Assembly: GCA_030704615.1 (NCBI GenBank)
Contig: CM060734.1
Location: forward strand, 37,882,001-37,946,000
Direction: 5' to 3'
Length of the DNA stretch: 64,000 nt
From: Takakia lepidozioides
Taxonomy: Eukaryota > Plantae > Bryophyta
Below, in pieces: positions 24,216 to 37,899 of this stretch. Within the stretch, counting starts at the first letter, position 1; each line of letters opens with the position of its first letter. The position numbers were made by a program, and so were the translations under genes. A model generated the notes under the pieces. The model had not been told where the DNA came from. It made no database searches and worked only from the letters and a program-made list of their open reading frames with translations.

Positions 24216-24869
24216 CTTCTATTTTATAATTTTCATAACTTATTTGTCACCGTTGCCGACATGACGTGGCTGCTTAAGTGACAATATTTTACCTAGTTTG
24301 TGATTCAAGTGGCACAAATGTCATCCTGGACTGATGTAATATTGCCAACAGCTGGGACAGAGATTCCTAGTTACTCTAACGGGAAGTCGTGGTGGCGCTT
24401 CTTCCCAGCTAATGGCTGCTGGTTTCTTGTTGCAATTAGGTGTCAGCACTGCAGAGCTTTCTGGATCAAAGGGCACTGTTGCAGCAACAAGGACTCCATT
24501 TTACCTCCTCTGCCATCCTCACCTCTACAGTTCGATTGACCCATTTGAATAATCCTGGTGAGACTTCCAGGGGTCTACCTGGGATAATTTACCCTAGAGC
24601 AGGAAGCCATGTTAGTGTTGAAGGCCAAAGTACTTGGCGGTTCATGGATAGTGGTTTGACAGTCAATCCCCTGAGGCAGGTCCCAGGCAGCTCAAGTACC
24701 CCAGTGGGAAATGGACATGTCTTGGAATGTTTACTGGAATATTTCCGGAACCTGACGTGACAGATGTCCCGTCAGCGTCAGGTTTGACACAACCTGACGC
24801 TTCACAGTGAGTCTAGCGTTGTCGATCCCAGGTGTTTCATTTTTTTTTTAAATAATTAGTAAATCTAGC

Positions 24870-24925
24870 AAATGAAGTGAAATGAAATGGTGCTTTATAA
24901 CGTCTGCGGAAAGCTCATAGAAGCA
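24870..24925 (-). mobile_element. 3' end of a LINE with (TTTCA)n tail
   Basis: Reverse complement of the 3' UTR and tail at about 55692-55742. Confidence 0.7.
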
Positions 24926-25771
24926 AAGAAAGGCTCATTTTTCTTGGTAAGAGCCCAATACCATTCTCCAGTGTCGAAAGAGAGATGAGCCAACCAGAGA
25001 AGAGAAGACTTAGAACACCAATCCAGGAATCCATGAGTGGGAGGACATGGTCTAGGGAACTAGAAATCAGATAAAAAACTCTGATCTTCAAAGAAAAGCA
25101 AGGTGGAAATCAAAACATAGATTCAAACGGATCAACCGTCCATTGACAGAACGGTAACCATGGCCGGACTGAAGGGCCTCATAAGAGGCAAAAATAAAAA
25201 TGGCATGGCAGAGAGAAGAGTCAACTCAGAGGAAACATTAACTCCCGAAGAGAGAAACCGCGACCAAGGATCTGGGATGGCAGATAAGAGAAGAGCGGGC
25301 CCGCTCTTCCTCACTCTCCGCCTTCCAACAGACTGAGCCAATTTGTCTATGGAGCAGATCTATCAGTGACCCACAGATTGGAGGCCGAAACAAAACCATT
25401 TTGCTCCCAAAAGCCCTATCTAGCGTTGCGAGAGTAGGGAATAAATTTTTTTTTTTTGTGGTGTTAATGGCTTGAATCGGAAAGCATCAATCTGCATATG
25501 ATCACTACCGGATGTTTGATGGATCCTTGTGTTTGTTGCCGTAGTAGCAGCGGCATGGTGCGTCATCGACTATCCAGATCGTTTCTCTTGATGTCTTTCG
25601 AACAAACGATTATCGCATGCAATGACTTGGGTGATGAATTCGCTCAGTGTACTCACGTTTGGCATTGCCAACAACAAATCTTTACTCAAACATAAGACTT
25701 GAACATCTAGTTCTAGCGACGATCGAAGGTTGGAAGCTAGTTTAGCATCTTTTAGCCCACATCGAAACTGA

Positions 25772-27028
25772 CTAATGAGGCTCTTCTAATTCCAGTCGAG
25801 GTCGCACGCAAGTTGTCGAAATTCGGTAGCATAAACGGAAGTAGGACGTGCTCCTTATCGAAGATTTAGCATCTTTGTCTCTGCAACTCTCTCTCTCTCT
25901 ATCATTCTCTCCAAACGTTGCAGTGAACTCGGTCATGAACGCTTCAAAATTGTATAATAAGTGCGAATTATTTTCTAATAGTGGTGCAAACCAAGATAAG
26001 ACAGTGTCTGATAGAATGGTGCCCAAGAATCCCACTTGAATACCTTCATCGTGGTTACGTTGTGGATGTAGTCGTAGGAACAATCGTACTTGTTGAACAA
26101 AACCGCGAAATCTTAATTTCGTCTCATCAAATTTCTCGGGCATGCTGATATTTCGTTCTCTCGTAATCTGTTGAAGAATAACCGTTGCAATATGAGCTGT
26201 TGCAGTAGGGACTCGTATGGTTGAAGATCCATTGTTCGACTCTTTTAACTCTGAAATTTGTTGTTGCAAATTGTGGAGAGCGTTGCCAAGATCTTGAGAC
26301 TGATCAGCTTGTAATTGGGCGATAGAGGTACGAAGTTCTTGTTGAAGACTCTGCAAGGTGACGACCATTTCCGCAAATGTGTCTTCCATCTTAATTAACT
26401 AACTAGGGAACAAACTTTAGTCTCGTCAAACTGTCAAAGACGAGAACATAAATGAATACAAACAAGAGATCAGACTAGAGATACAAGACTAGACAAGAAG
26501 TCAAGGTCGGCGTGGCCGAATGCATGATGGGTATACATGAATCAAGATGATCTTTATAACAATGGACAAGAATACAAGATACTGGAACTCGACTTGATTA
26601 CTGGAATGCTGGAAACTGGACTGGAGTACCAGATACTGGAAACTGGACTAGAGTACTGGAAACTGGACTAGAGTACTAGAAGCTGGACTAGAGTACTAGG
26701 ACTAGAAACAAGAGTAGCTTGAACTTGTGTTGGTGAGACTGAAGAGTGTCCAGTCTCGCCTCTTATATATACTGGCTACTATGAAGTTCCTTAAGAAGCT
26801 TCCTCAACGGAGGTTTCTTGATGGAGAAGTTTCCTCAAAATGACACTTCCTGAGTAGTTTCCCAAGTTACGCTTGGTAATTTGATAAACTCCCGGTAACT
26901 TGGTAATTTATGATAAATTATGATAAATCACGATAAATCATGATAACTTTCGATAATATGGTAACTTGGTAACTTGGTAACTTTTAATATTTACTCTTGG
27001 TAATTTCATCTAAACTATGTCCGTGACA
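25772..27028 (-). mobile_element. Truncated Gypsy, chromovirus-like: LTR 26432-27028 and gag 25772-26389
   Basis: Gag SMPEKFD..FRGFVQQVRLFLRL..LSWFAPLLE. LTR TGTCA..TGACA with TATA and internal 20-bp tandem repeats (about 26610-26710). No tRNA-type PBS. Confidence 0.85.
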
Positions 27029-27049
27029 TGGGGTTGAACCCGAGTGACG

Positions 27050-28388
27050 GTACGGCGTGAGCGGTGAGGTATGAGCGGTGAGCGCACGCTCACGCTGGGC
27101 TGACGTGGCATGAGCTCATGCTCAGGCCACGTCAGCATGAGCGGATGTTACGTCATTGTGAACGAAGGCATGTCAGCAAATGCCACAGGACTTGCAGTCG
27201 AAGAAAGAGTACCTATTCCAGCTGGACCTATAACCGTGGGAATAGGACTGTGAAGTATGATGAAATTACACCCCATTATGAAAGAAGAACACATGGCTTC
27301 AATGAATAGGTAAGACCGTCAACTCCTGACATATTGCAAACAAGACGACACCATTTTGAGCGAAAATTGCCAAAACAAAACAAAAAACAAATCCCCTGAA
27401 AGTGGTGGGCGGCACCGCACACCAGTTTCAATGGCATCTGCAGGCCAAAAAACCCTAAACAAAACCCCTGAAATTGGTGTGCGGCACCTCAGTGGCATTT
27501 GTGGGAACAGAAATTAATTTAAAAAAACCCTAAAAACCCCTTAAAAAATTCCCAAAAAAAAAAATCTCCTGAAATGGGGTGTGCGGCACAACACACCTCT
27601 TTCAGTGGCACCGCACACTGAAAAAACAACCCTAAAAAACCTAAAAAAAAACCCCAAAAAATGAAACCAAAAAAACCCTAGAAATGGGTGTGCGGCACCG
27701 CACACCTCTTTCAATAGCACCGCACACTAAAACAAAACCCTAAAAAAACCCGAAAAATGAAAAACAGAAAACACTAAATGGACCGCACACCTCTTTCAGT
27801 GGCACCACACACTAAAAACAAACCCTAAAAAAACCCTAAAAACCCTTAAAAACCTAAAAAACCCCCAAGAAAAAAATGAAAATCCTGAAAAGGGGTGTGC
27901 GGCACCGCACACCTCTTTTAGTGGCACCGCACACTAAAGAAAACCCAAAAAACCCTAAGAAAATCTTTAAAACCCTTAAAAACCCCCCCAAAAAAAATCC
28001 CACTTTTAGTGGCATCTGTGGGGAAAATAAAACCCCCCTAAGAACCCCCTAAGAAAACGGTAAAAACCCTAAAACCCGAAAAAACAAGAAAAAATTCAGT
28101 GGCATCTGCGGTGGAAAATAACCCTAAAAACCCTAAAGAAACCTTAATTGCCCATCCACTATACCACCTTCCCCGCAATTACTAATTTTCATTGTGCCCA
28201 CTGTCAATATCGGTTGGATCCTTGGGAACTGTGCTCTTCATATAACCTTCTCACTGGCATGCCTACAGGGTTCATTGTGTCCGCGGTTATGGGTGTCATC
28301 CGCAGAATTGCGTATAGTAACTTTTTGCAAAATCCTGGGGCGACACCGCTCACGTGAGCACAGGCTCACCGCTCACGATCTAGCATCC
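27050..28388. mobile_element. Non-autonomous DNA-transposon-like element with subterminal GTGTGCGGCACCGCACAC repeats and a hAT-like end
   Basis: GTGAGCG/CGCTCAC motifs inverted at the two ends. Right end GCTCACGATCTAGCAT is shared with 40855-40870. Internal repeats are separated by A/C-rich spacers. Confidence 0.55.
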
Positions 28389-28390
28389 AT

Positions 28391-29343
28391 CCCTCTTCAA
28401 ATTTTGTCTTGAATTCCCCCACACTCACGGCTTCTTGTTTCAGCCTAAGCAATTCAACCTTCATCCTATGAGCATAGTCACCGGGGAGATAATGGGCTAA
28501 AAATAGCGTCTTGAACGTCCTCCACATATCAATCGGTGGTTTCTTATGGCACCATCAGATTCCACTAATCGCCTACTAGCTTCACGATCGAGCATTTCAG
28601 TATTTCTCATCTTCTTTTTCGTTGAGTGAGTTTTCTCTGGTAAACTCATCTCATCTTTGTACGTATGAGGCTGCCCAACGCTGCCATCTACGCTTCAGAA
28701 AAAAAATAAAATAACTTCTCAATTCTCACTAGGCTGCGAACTCTGTGCTGAGTGCTCTGCCATGGTGTCTTCACGCTTTTTCACCTCCCCCAGACACGAG
28801 CTTCCTAAACCAAATGAAATTTGGCTCATTCATGCAACTTTCTAGAAATTCCACAATCTGCGATCTGTGATCTGTCTCTGATATCACTTATTATGAATCT
28901 CTCTTTCTTCAATTCAATCGTCACAGAAATCCAGGCAGTTCAGACGTGCTTTTGCTTGAAACACTATTCACAAGAATTTCAAAACATTGTTCTATACAAG
29001 CAAGGGCCCACGGCCTAGTTCTTGGTAACATGGAAAACCAACCAAGATCTCTAACACCTATAAAACTAACTACAAGTGCACGATATCGGGCTGCTCTCCC
29101 GGTCCACCCAACCACCGCATCGTGCTATCTCTGTACATCATCTAGTTGAATTCAAATCTGCCCAAAGTCTGTCACAGCCATCTTCTCGATCTTGCTCTGC
29201 TCTGTCCTTAACATCTGAAATCCCTAGTCTTCAATTGCCTTCACATACACAAGCTTGCCCATCTTGACCTACAACTGTCTGTTCATCATTGCCGTTGCTT
29301 CAGAACTGGTTCACAATTCTATTCTCATTCCTATCACCTAACA
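28391..29343 (-). mobile_element. 5' half of a Gypsy element: 5' LTR 28889-29343, degenerate PBS, gag fragment
   Basis: LTR is the reverse complement of 41678-42150. PBS-like TGATATCAGAGA at 28875-28886. Gag WRTFKTLFLAHYLP...ELLRLKQEAVSVGEFKTKFEE at about 28391-28530. Confidence 0.85.
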
Positions 29344-29479
29344 CATTCTTGCCATTGTTTAGTTTTCAAGTTTGAGGATCCTCCTACTAAGTATGTGACT
29401 TGTAAAGTCGGGTGTGTGCGCGACAATGTTGCTGCTGCTTTTGTTTTTCCAAACGTCTTTAGGTCCCCTTTGAGTATAT

Positions 29480-30520
29480 CATATGTTGTCTGCATCTAGT
29501 GGACAAATTTACATGTGATCGATGATACGAGTCATCTCTATGACAAAATGCGTCGGGTGTGTGATGAAATTATTGCAAGATGCAAGGAATTGTGGAATAT
29601 AGTCAAGATGGTAACAGTTGATGAGGTCATGATTCGCTAAAAAAACACATATTGTGTTATCTGATAATATATGCCAAAAAAAACGATGAAGTGGGGTATA
29701 AAGGTGTAGACCTTGCAAATACTCTCACTAGTTATGTTTATGATTTTCATCTTTATTGTGAAAACAATGAGGGTGAGAGAAAAGAATAGAATGGGAAAGG
29801 TAAGGGGTATGATGTTGTGATCAGGTTGGTATTTTCACTGCATGGGCTTAGTCACATAGTAGTGACCAATAATTTCTTCACCTCACCTGAATGGTTGCTG
29901 TTTGCCATTTGCTCAATTAGGTTGTACAGCAAAGGGCTCCCCCTACCCTGATTGCCATGAAAAAATCAAAGACGGTCTTTGAGCAGGAATACTATTGGTT
30001 CAAATGCGTGTGACAAGATAGATAAGTGTTATGGTGGGACAAGGGGTTTTTTTTTGTGTGATTTGCAACTCGACTAGCTAGTGGGCCCATTACCGGTATC
30101 GAACAGTAGGGAACCAAAGGGGTCAGATTTCTCATGTGCCCATGCTCATTCAATACCAGATGTGCATGAGTTCTGCTCTGTTGTATGTTAGGATCACCTA
30201 CTGGGTGTATACAATATGCAATTGAAAACACGTAAGCGATGGCACCGTGTTTTCTCGTGAACGCATACCTACTACACGAGATAACATAGGAAAGGCAGGG
30301 GCCTGACTATAATTACCCCGTCTTCAGTTCAATTTGCAGATGGCTCATTTCCAAGGACTTCCACGCATGGGGAAGACGTGCCCATGTGCATCAGTGCCTG
30401 CATTCCTCTCTTCGCCGATTGTGTGCAAGGTGCCACAGGAGGGCTCACTTCTATTGTCCCTAGTGCCATGGGACTTACATGTGCCTCGGCGTGTTACTAT
30501 CGGTTACTTATGTGTTCACT
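29480..30520 (+). pseudogene. piggyBac-like transposase relic
   Basis: Manual translation VTVDEVMIR, YMPKK..KWGIKV, YVYDFHLYC, HIVVTNNFFTS and a C-terminal Cys-rich CARC..HFYCP.C..YMC; many stops. Confidence 0.75.
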
Positions 30521-30721
30521 GACTATTGTATGTGAGGGATCTAGGTTCATGGCGGGGGACTTTTCATTGCTGATGGTGTACATATGCTTACTTGTCCTTG
30601 TGTTGTAGTGTCAAATTTGGAAAGGATAGGAATGAATCAATAAATTCATGAGAATGACAACAAATCATTGGGATCAGTTTAAACTTCAACTTAGCATAGT
30701 TTAGTGTGACAGTGACCAGCT

Positions 30722-33277
30722 TCAGAGAAGAGGGGGCAGGATCACCCACCGCTTTGGGTACTTGACCCGCCCATCCATGCCATCAAATATCTGCCAAAGA
30801 TCCACCGAGTAATAAAGTAAGATCATTCAATGAAGATGCATGAAATTTCAAATCAGCAAGAGTTGATAAGCATAAGTATAGAGACAAAGTATAGGAAGAT
30901 ACTAGGAACTAAACCCATGGTATCCACTTCACATGATGGTTCTACCCAAAGAGCCTCCAATTCTCGGTAACGAAGAGTATGTTCCTTGGCTTACTGGTCC
31001 TGCCAGCTGGAACTACATCAAGGCTCACAGTTTACATCTTATATCATGGAGTGTGTTACAACAACAGATTTGTAGTGGTGTCATGAGGCTCTTTCAGGTA
31101 GAGCAGGTACTCAGAGGGTGATTTCATGCCGATGATGCCGATGATCTCGAAATGGTACGTGACGAGACATGAGAAGAGATGCCGTTATTAATAACTTTCG
31201 AGCTGTAACTAATATGTACACAACTCAACCATTCAACATTGCCAAATACTGCATCAGCATGCATTGTGTGCATTCTTAACTATTAATGACAAGCAGGCCA
31301 AAAACAGGTCAATGAGAGAGGTGTGTACCTTTCTTAAGCGTTTGTGCTTCTGAAGGGCCCAGAGGGTCATGACGTAAATTGACGCTGCAGCAAAGAGGTA
31401 ACCTATTAACGTCTGCGTGGCGAGGTTGAATCCAACCCACTGATAGATCTCGGTTGTGTAGTTTGCACACGTCACATAGTCAAACAGGAAGCCTGATGGA
31501 ATCTGGTAGCCTCCGTTTCCATCTGGTGACCGCAAGTTCTTCAAGATGATGTGGCAGTAAAAGTTTGCAAGCTGGCTCACAATTGAGATTGCAAACCCCA
31601 CATACATTTGCTCCTTGCTGACAGGGGTGTACAAAGGGTGGTTTATGAAGTAGGCTATACAGGCTCCGAATCCCCAGTAATGGAAGCAGTTCCGGTAGAC
31701 ATTGGGCAGAGGAGAAGTTGCATGACTGAATCGATGGACAAAGAAGGTTTCGAAAATTCGTTTCGAGAAGTGAAAGCACCACGCATAGAGAGCATAAGTC
31801 TGGACAGGGTAGGTAATTTCGCGGGATGGGAGGCCAAAGAAAGTATAAATCTTGGGATAGTAATAGAAGATGGGGTATAATAGCAGTGGGCCAATATATT
31901 CAAGGAAAAAGAGGGTGCTGTATCCCACTTGAGGTCCCAAATCTTTGAAGACCACCTGTGGGTTTGCATTGGTGAAACAGTCCTTCAGCTTCTTGTTGCC
32001 TTCTAGAACAGTAGGGCGGTTTTGGCCGGAATCCACAGGAAGAGTGAGCCGTTGTCGTTCTGGGTAGTACTTGCGATCTGTGATAAAAACATGTTGCTAT
32101 TTAGTGCCATGTTTGCACCATCGTGTACAGTTTCTTGGATGAAGCATGCCTGAAACAAGGAGAAGCCACAAATCTGAAAACTCAAACTACCAGGGACACG
32201 GAAACTTACTGCGCCTCTGAATGGCCTTCTTGAGATCAGACACTGTGCCCTGCAACTCATCAACACACAAAGTGTAATGTTAGAGAGAAGATTGTCTGGA
32301 GGGAAAAAGATCTCTTTTTTATCTTACCAGATGATCCCAACATGTTAGTCTTTCATCTCCTAAAAGCCACAGACGAAGTTAAGAACATGGTTTATCTACA
32401 ACCAAGAACATGAAACGTCCCTACAGCCTTACACGACACATGTGTACGCTTCATACACACAGACCAGCTATCCTTCTCAAAATTACTCTGCAGTAAGTGC
32501 CCGTAGTTGTTGAGGACTTTGGAAGGGGAAAAATACTCCTTTTCTATATGCCCCTTCTGTTAAATATGTCATCTTCTCTCTCCGCCTCTCTTCGCAGCAC
32601 GTCTCGTCTGTGCCTTTCATACAAGTGAAAACTGAAGGGTCGTTCCTGCCACCCATTAGTCTTGCTGTGGGTGCAAGGCTGACGCATCCACACCATTGCC
32701 ATCAGGCGCAACTTTCAAGACAGAAAAAACTGCTTATACTAAGAGTTGTATATAAATGCTGCGGCAGATCGAGTCTCTCACCAACGAGGAAAAACGCGAC
32801 TACGAGTCCCGGTGTTCACAAACGGATTTGGTGCTCTAGACCACAAACAGCGGAATATCATCCTCCCATATCTGCTTATAGCCATCATATCAGGCGTCAT
32901 TGCAGGGAGTGCAACCGAAAGCATGACTAAATGCAAACATATACATATTATCACCATTTTGGATATTATATGGGAGTCCTGCCAAGTCGTCAACCTTGAG
33001 CCATCAGAGACTACCTCATCTCTCTGTATCCACAATCTGCCATAAAAGAAACGGGACGTGGAAAGAACGCCCTTCTAGCTGGCCAACATCCTCGAAAAAA
33101 CCCATAGTCATTACAACGTGAATCGAGCAGTGAAAAACTCCTGAAACCAAACAAGCAGAGAGAAATGTAGGGAGAAAGGAGGCACACATCAGCAGACACT
33201 TCAACACCGCCTTCGATGATCTCCTTGCCATTGCGGCCCACCACTTGTATCCGCCTGGCCCGCTCCGCTATCTTCAT
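30722..33277 (-). CDS. ECR: Very-long-chain enoyl-CoA reductase; exons 33188-33277, 32210-32249, 31329-32077, 30722-30790 (315 aa)
   Basis: [53 protein letters not shown]. All introns are GT-AG and in phase. Confidence 0.95.
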
Positions 33278-33493
33278 CGCCCCCTTCGCACACACGGCTG
33301 CGGACACAAAAGATGACACTGAACCACTCCAAGCCCACCCGCAGCACGCTCACCGATAAACCCCTCACAAAACCTCCCAGAAAGAAACGGGACACAAGAA
33401 AAACAACGCATCCCGGAGGAAGCGTAAATTAAGAACTTGGTCATCGGCGCCATAACTTGATGTAGAGAGCACGTGGATGAAAGGCTAAAGGAG

Positions 33494-35352
33494 GGCAAGT
33501 AATAGAAGAGGCCCGGGAGTTGAATGCGCCCGGGCCCGGTAAGCGTACGTGGCCCGCCGCCCACCCGCAGCCGCGCCCCCCTAGTCTGGCGCCTCAGATC
33601 CGCGCGGTCACCGCGTCGACGCCCATGTCGTGGTAGGCCCCACGCATTCTAGACTCCATTTTTCTGTATAACTAAAATTAAATTCAGGTTTGCAGTAACG
33701 TAACAGTATGCAGCCCAGTGGTGCGATCGCTCCATCCTGTAAACTGGCGTCTCAGGGTCGAAGTAGAACAGTTCTGCAACTGAGGCATTTTGCGCTGCTA
33801 CTTCAAAAGAATTCTAAGTCCTGAGTCCATGCCCATCTTCACGCATAGTCATACATATATGGAAATACATGAGAAATACATGGTCATGCATGTGGGGTCT
33901 CAGGTTCGGGTACCAATTAGTGTATGATGTCAGATAATACTAGAGGTTTTGTTTGATTTTGCAACTTAAAAAAGTTCCAAGTTTAAATGCTCATCTTGCA
34001 TAGTCGTACACTAGTCTTGCATGGACACACATCACATCGTATGTCTGTATGTATGTATGACAATGCAACTGATTTCTTATGTGTGACTGTGCATGAAAAT
34101 ATACCAGATGTGGGGTCTGCATGTGGGGTCTCAGGTTGGGGTACCAATTAGTGTATGATGTCAGATAATACTAGAGTTTTTGTTTGATTTTGCAACTTCA
34201 AAAAAGTTCCAAGTTTAAATGCTCATCTTGCATAGTCGTACATGAGAAATAAATGGTCATGCATCGAAATACATCAGTTGTCTTCAGACAGAAGTCTTGC
34301 ATGGACACACATCACATCGTATGTCTGTATGTATGTATGACAATGCAACTGATTTCTTATGTGTGACTGTGCATGAAAATATACCAGATGTCATGTATTC
34401 CATCTATGACACATGCAATTTTATTTTTCAAGTAATAAGAATAAAGGAATTCTATTAGTAGAGATATTAAGATTCATACTCATCATCTCATTCATTGTTA
34501 TATGAACCCATTCAAATCATGTATGACTTTGCAACGATTGAAAATAAAAAGAATGATATTAGTGAAGATTCATAGTCACCATCTCATCCATTGTAAATTG
34601 AACCCCCGAGTTCACGATTTTTATGCATAGAGATAAAGTATTGATACTGCATAGAAATACATGGTTTGAAGTATGATATACTTGTCATACATAATTATAA
34701 TATATACCATTCAAGACTTGTGCATGAAGACAGCTCATGTATTCATGCCTGACCAATCATTTTCTCCTGTATGACTATTTTCGAAGATGGTCATCCAAGT
34801 ATAGTCACCATGTAAGTACTTTCGCAGGGACTTACAATTTTTTTGAAGTAGCAAAATTACAAAGATTGGGAGCTTATCAGGAACATGCATGTCCATATAT
34901 TTCTCATGTATTTGCATAATACATGAGATTTGAAAGTATGTCAACCTGAGACCGGGCCCACAACCCTATATTTCTCATGTATTTCCATAAATGTGTGACT
35001 ATGCGTGAAGATGGGCATCGACTCAGGACTTGGAATTTTTTTGAAGTAGCAGCACAAAAAGCCTCAGTTGTCATATTGTGCAACTTCAACCCTGGGACCT
35101 TAGTAGTTACGAAGGAGCGATCGCACCACTAGGCTGCGTGCCGCTACATAACAAATACCGTGAATTTAATGTTAGTTATACAGAAAAAGGGAGTCTAGAC
35201 TGCGTGGGGCCTACCACGACATGGGCGTCGACGCGGTGACCGCGCGGATCTGAGGCGCCAGACTAGGGGGGCGCGGCTGCGGGTGGGCGGCGGGCCACGT
35301 ATGCTTACCGGCCCGGGCGCATTCAACTCCCGGGCCTCTTCTATTACTTGCC
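33494..35352. mobile_element. Non-autonomous Mutator-like element (MULE) with about 400-bp TIRs
   Basis: Long GG..CC inverted repeats. 9-bp TSD CTAAAGGAG (33485-33493 / 35353-35361). Internal tandem duplication of about 230 bp (about 33888-34390). Confidence 0.92.
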
Positions 35353-37899
35353 CTAAAGGAGCGCCCTCCTGGATAACGAGCAATGATTATGTACAGGGAA
35401 GACAATCAAGTCCCGCGTCGTATCTGCGCCTCCACACGCGATCCGGACCACCGAAAAAGTGGGATCCGTCCTCTCCGACATTAAGGACTAGGTAGGCCGT
35501 GGCAGGAGCTGTCCGCGGCTCCGCAGTCGATTTAGCTCACCTGCAGAATTACCTGCAATGGCATACACGTGCCGCATTTTGGTTGCTGGCGCGCAGATCA
35601 AGAAGAGGGTGGTTACGGTGCGTTGATCAAGAGTAGGGCTGCTATGGTCCGTTGATCACGAGGAGGGCCGCTAACGTGTGTAGCCGTCGTCGTCTCCGCA
35701 AACGGTGACTCGACACATCATCATCGTATGAAATCCCCAAATCGGGTACGGTGCAGCCATTCTCTTAGCGGCGAATAAACGCCAGATTTCGACCTCAAAA
35801 AAACAAATCGAATATTCTGTCACAAATCCACTGTTTTTTCATGGATGAAATCGCCAAATTTGTCCAAATAAAAAATAAATTGTGGATGAATTCGCCAAAT
35901 ATGGATGATATATATGGATGATGGTACATAGGTGGATGAATTACAGTGGATGAACAGAATAAATGGCAAAACTCTGTAGCCACTTGTGCTATTTTCCAAA
36001 TTCCTTAATAAAAACACTGGTACGGTGCCAGACACAGAGAGAGTGTAGGGTAAACAGGCCTATGGACTAGCTGACCGGCAAGAGGCCAGGGGGTTACGGC
36101 ATGTAGGTGAGGCGGTAGCGCCGAAGGTGGATGCGGTAACCCAGTGGCCTCGAGCCGGTTACCAGACATAACCGCGTTTTCGTAACATCGAGAGTGACAG
36201 TCATCCAGGTGCAGCCAGGTTATCGATACTTTACATCCATGCGCAGCCAGGTTATTGATTTCACCAGCCAATGGGATGGTGGCTTGCTACCTTGTAGGTA
36301 GGTAGGTAGGTAATCAGAAGCAAATCTTCTGAGGGTCGCAGGTTACCGCCTATAACCGCGTCCAGTGAGCCAGTAGTTAGTGGACACGTACTCGAGATGC
36401 TTCGAAAGACCGGTTATGGACTAGATGGTGGCTGAGTAGCCCTGCTACTGTTAATAGTAGGGGCTCCGTGTATACTGAGCCGCGGCGAGGTATATACGGA
36501 GCCCCTACTATTTACTTTCTGCTACCCGCAGGCACTATATGACGTAGCGGTAGAGGGCAGCTTGCAAGCCGCTACCGACCTACCTACTTTCAACCTACTG
36601 ATAAACTTTTAGGGTTTCTTACCACCACCAGGCCACATGATAGTCGCCGTGGACCATTTACCTACAAGGTATCTCGTTCTAATACCACCTAGAATGTAGG
36701 TATAAGTAACAGCAGGTAGGTCGTAAATCACAATCGCATTGGTCGTGCATTGTCCCATATCGATTGCCCGTGGTCTAGACATCGCGCAAGATACTTAAGC
36801 AGATGGACGGGAGGTGGTCCGGGTGGTGGAGGCCTCTAGTAGGGCTCCGTATGTATACGGAGCCACTCTACCGCATCATAGGCGGCCAACTCAGGGCCAA
36901 TCAGAAGGCACCTATGCGGCGAGCAAACTGCTCTCGACTGGTACGACCGTTATAGTGCTTATGAGGGGTCACCGGCCCTATGAGCTACCGTTGTTGGCCC
37001 CAAGATTGCTCATTGTTGACGCTTGGCAAACAGTTGTTTGATAGAATCCCCCAAAAGTGTGGTTGGTCATAAGGCTCAAGTTCACACAAGCATTATGATT
37101 GGTGCAACTTTGAAACCCCACCACTTTGTTTGTGAAATCAAGCACTTCCAAATGTGTTGGGATGTGGGGCATCTTATCTTATTTACCCCGGATAAAAATG
37201 ACAAAAATTCGTCGTTATATCTTTCGCTATCATTAGCCCGCCATCGTTAGATATAAGGTCATGGCCTCTCTACTCTAAAAGGGTAGTATAAGAGCATCCC
37301 ACCGGGCCCGCTATAAGACACGGAGGCAAAGTTCCGTGTCAGAGAGAAAAAAACACAAAAACCATGCCCCACCGTTGCACGTTACAGCACGCAGTAAGGT
37401 TCTGTGTGCTCCAAATTGGCTGCGGACCCGGAACCTTGCCGTGTCCTTCTGGGCCCGTTATGTCTCACGCAAGTCAACGTCAGACAAGTCAAGGGAGCAT
37501 CTGGAGTCAAGCGAGCATCCCACACATGAGACGCTGGTGAGCGAGAGGTTGAGGCGGGAGGTTGGCGTGAGATTTGCCGTGCTTCGGTGGGGAGCATTCC
37601 GCCTGCAGCCCCGCCAGCTCCTTGCGTGCTCTGCACATGCCTCAATAAAAGGCAACTTATACCAAGCCACCGGTGGGGATGCTCTAAGGGTAAACTTCCG
37701 CGTGCTAGTCGTTCTGGCGAAGTTACATAACATGGCCGGAGAAGCATAGTCAGAGTATTTAGTGGATTGTTAGACTTGAAAAACTACTCTATGTGATTGG
37801 TTGAAAATTGGGTCATGTCCACTACACGCTTTTAGGCATGGCTTTGTCTAGCGCCCCAACATGCCTTGACATCACTCTTTGTTTGCCTCACGGACAAAG

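Noticed and set aside
27450-28140. Interstitial telomere (AAACCCTAA)
   Set aside because: Isolated degenerate units in A/C-rich spacers, not a tandem TTTAGGG array.
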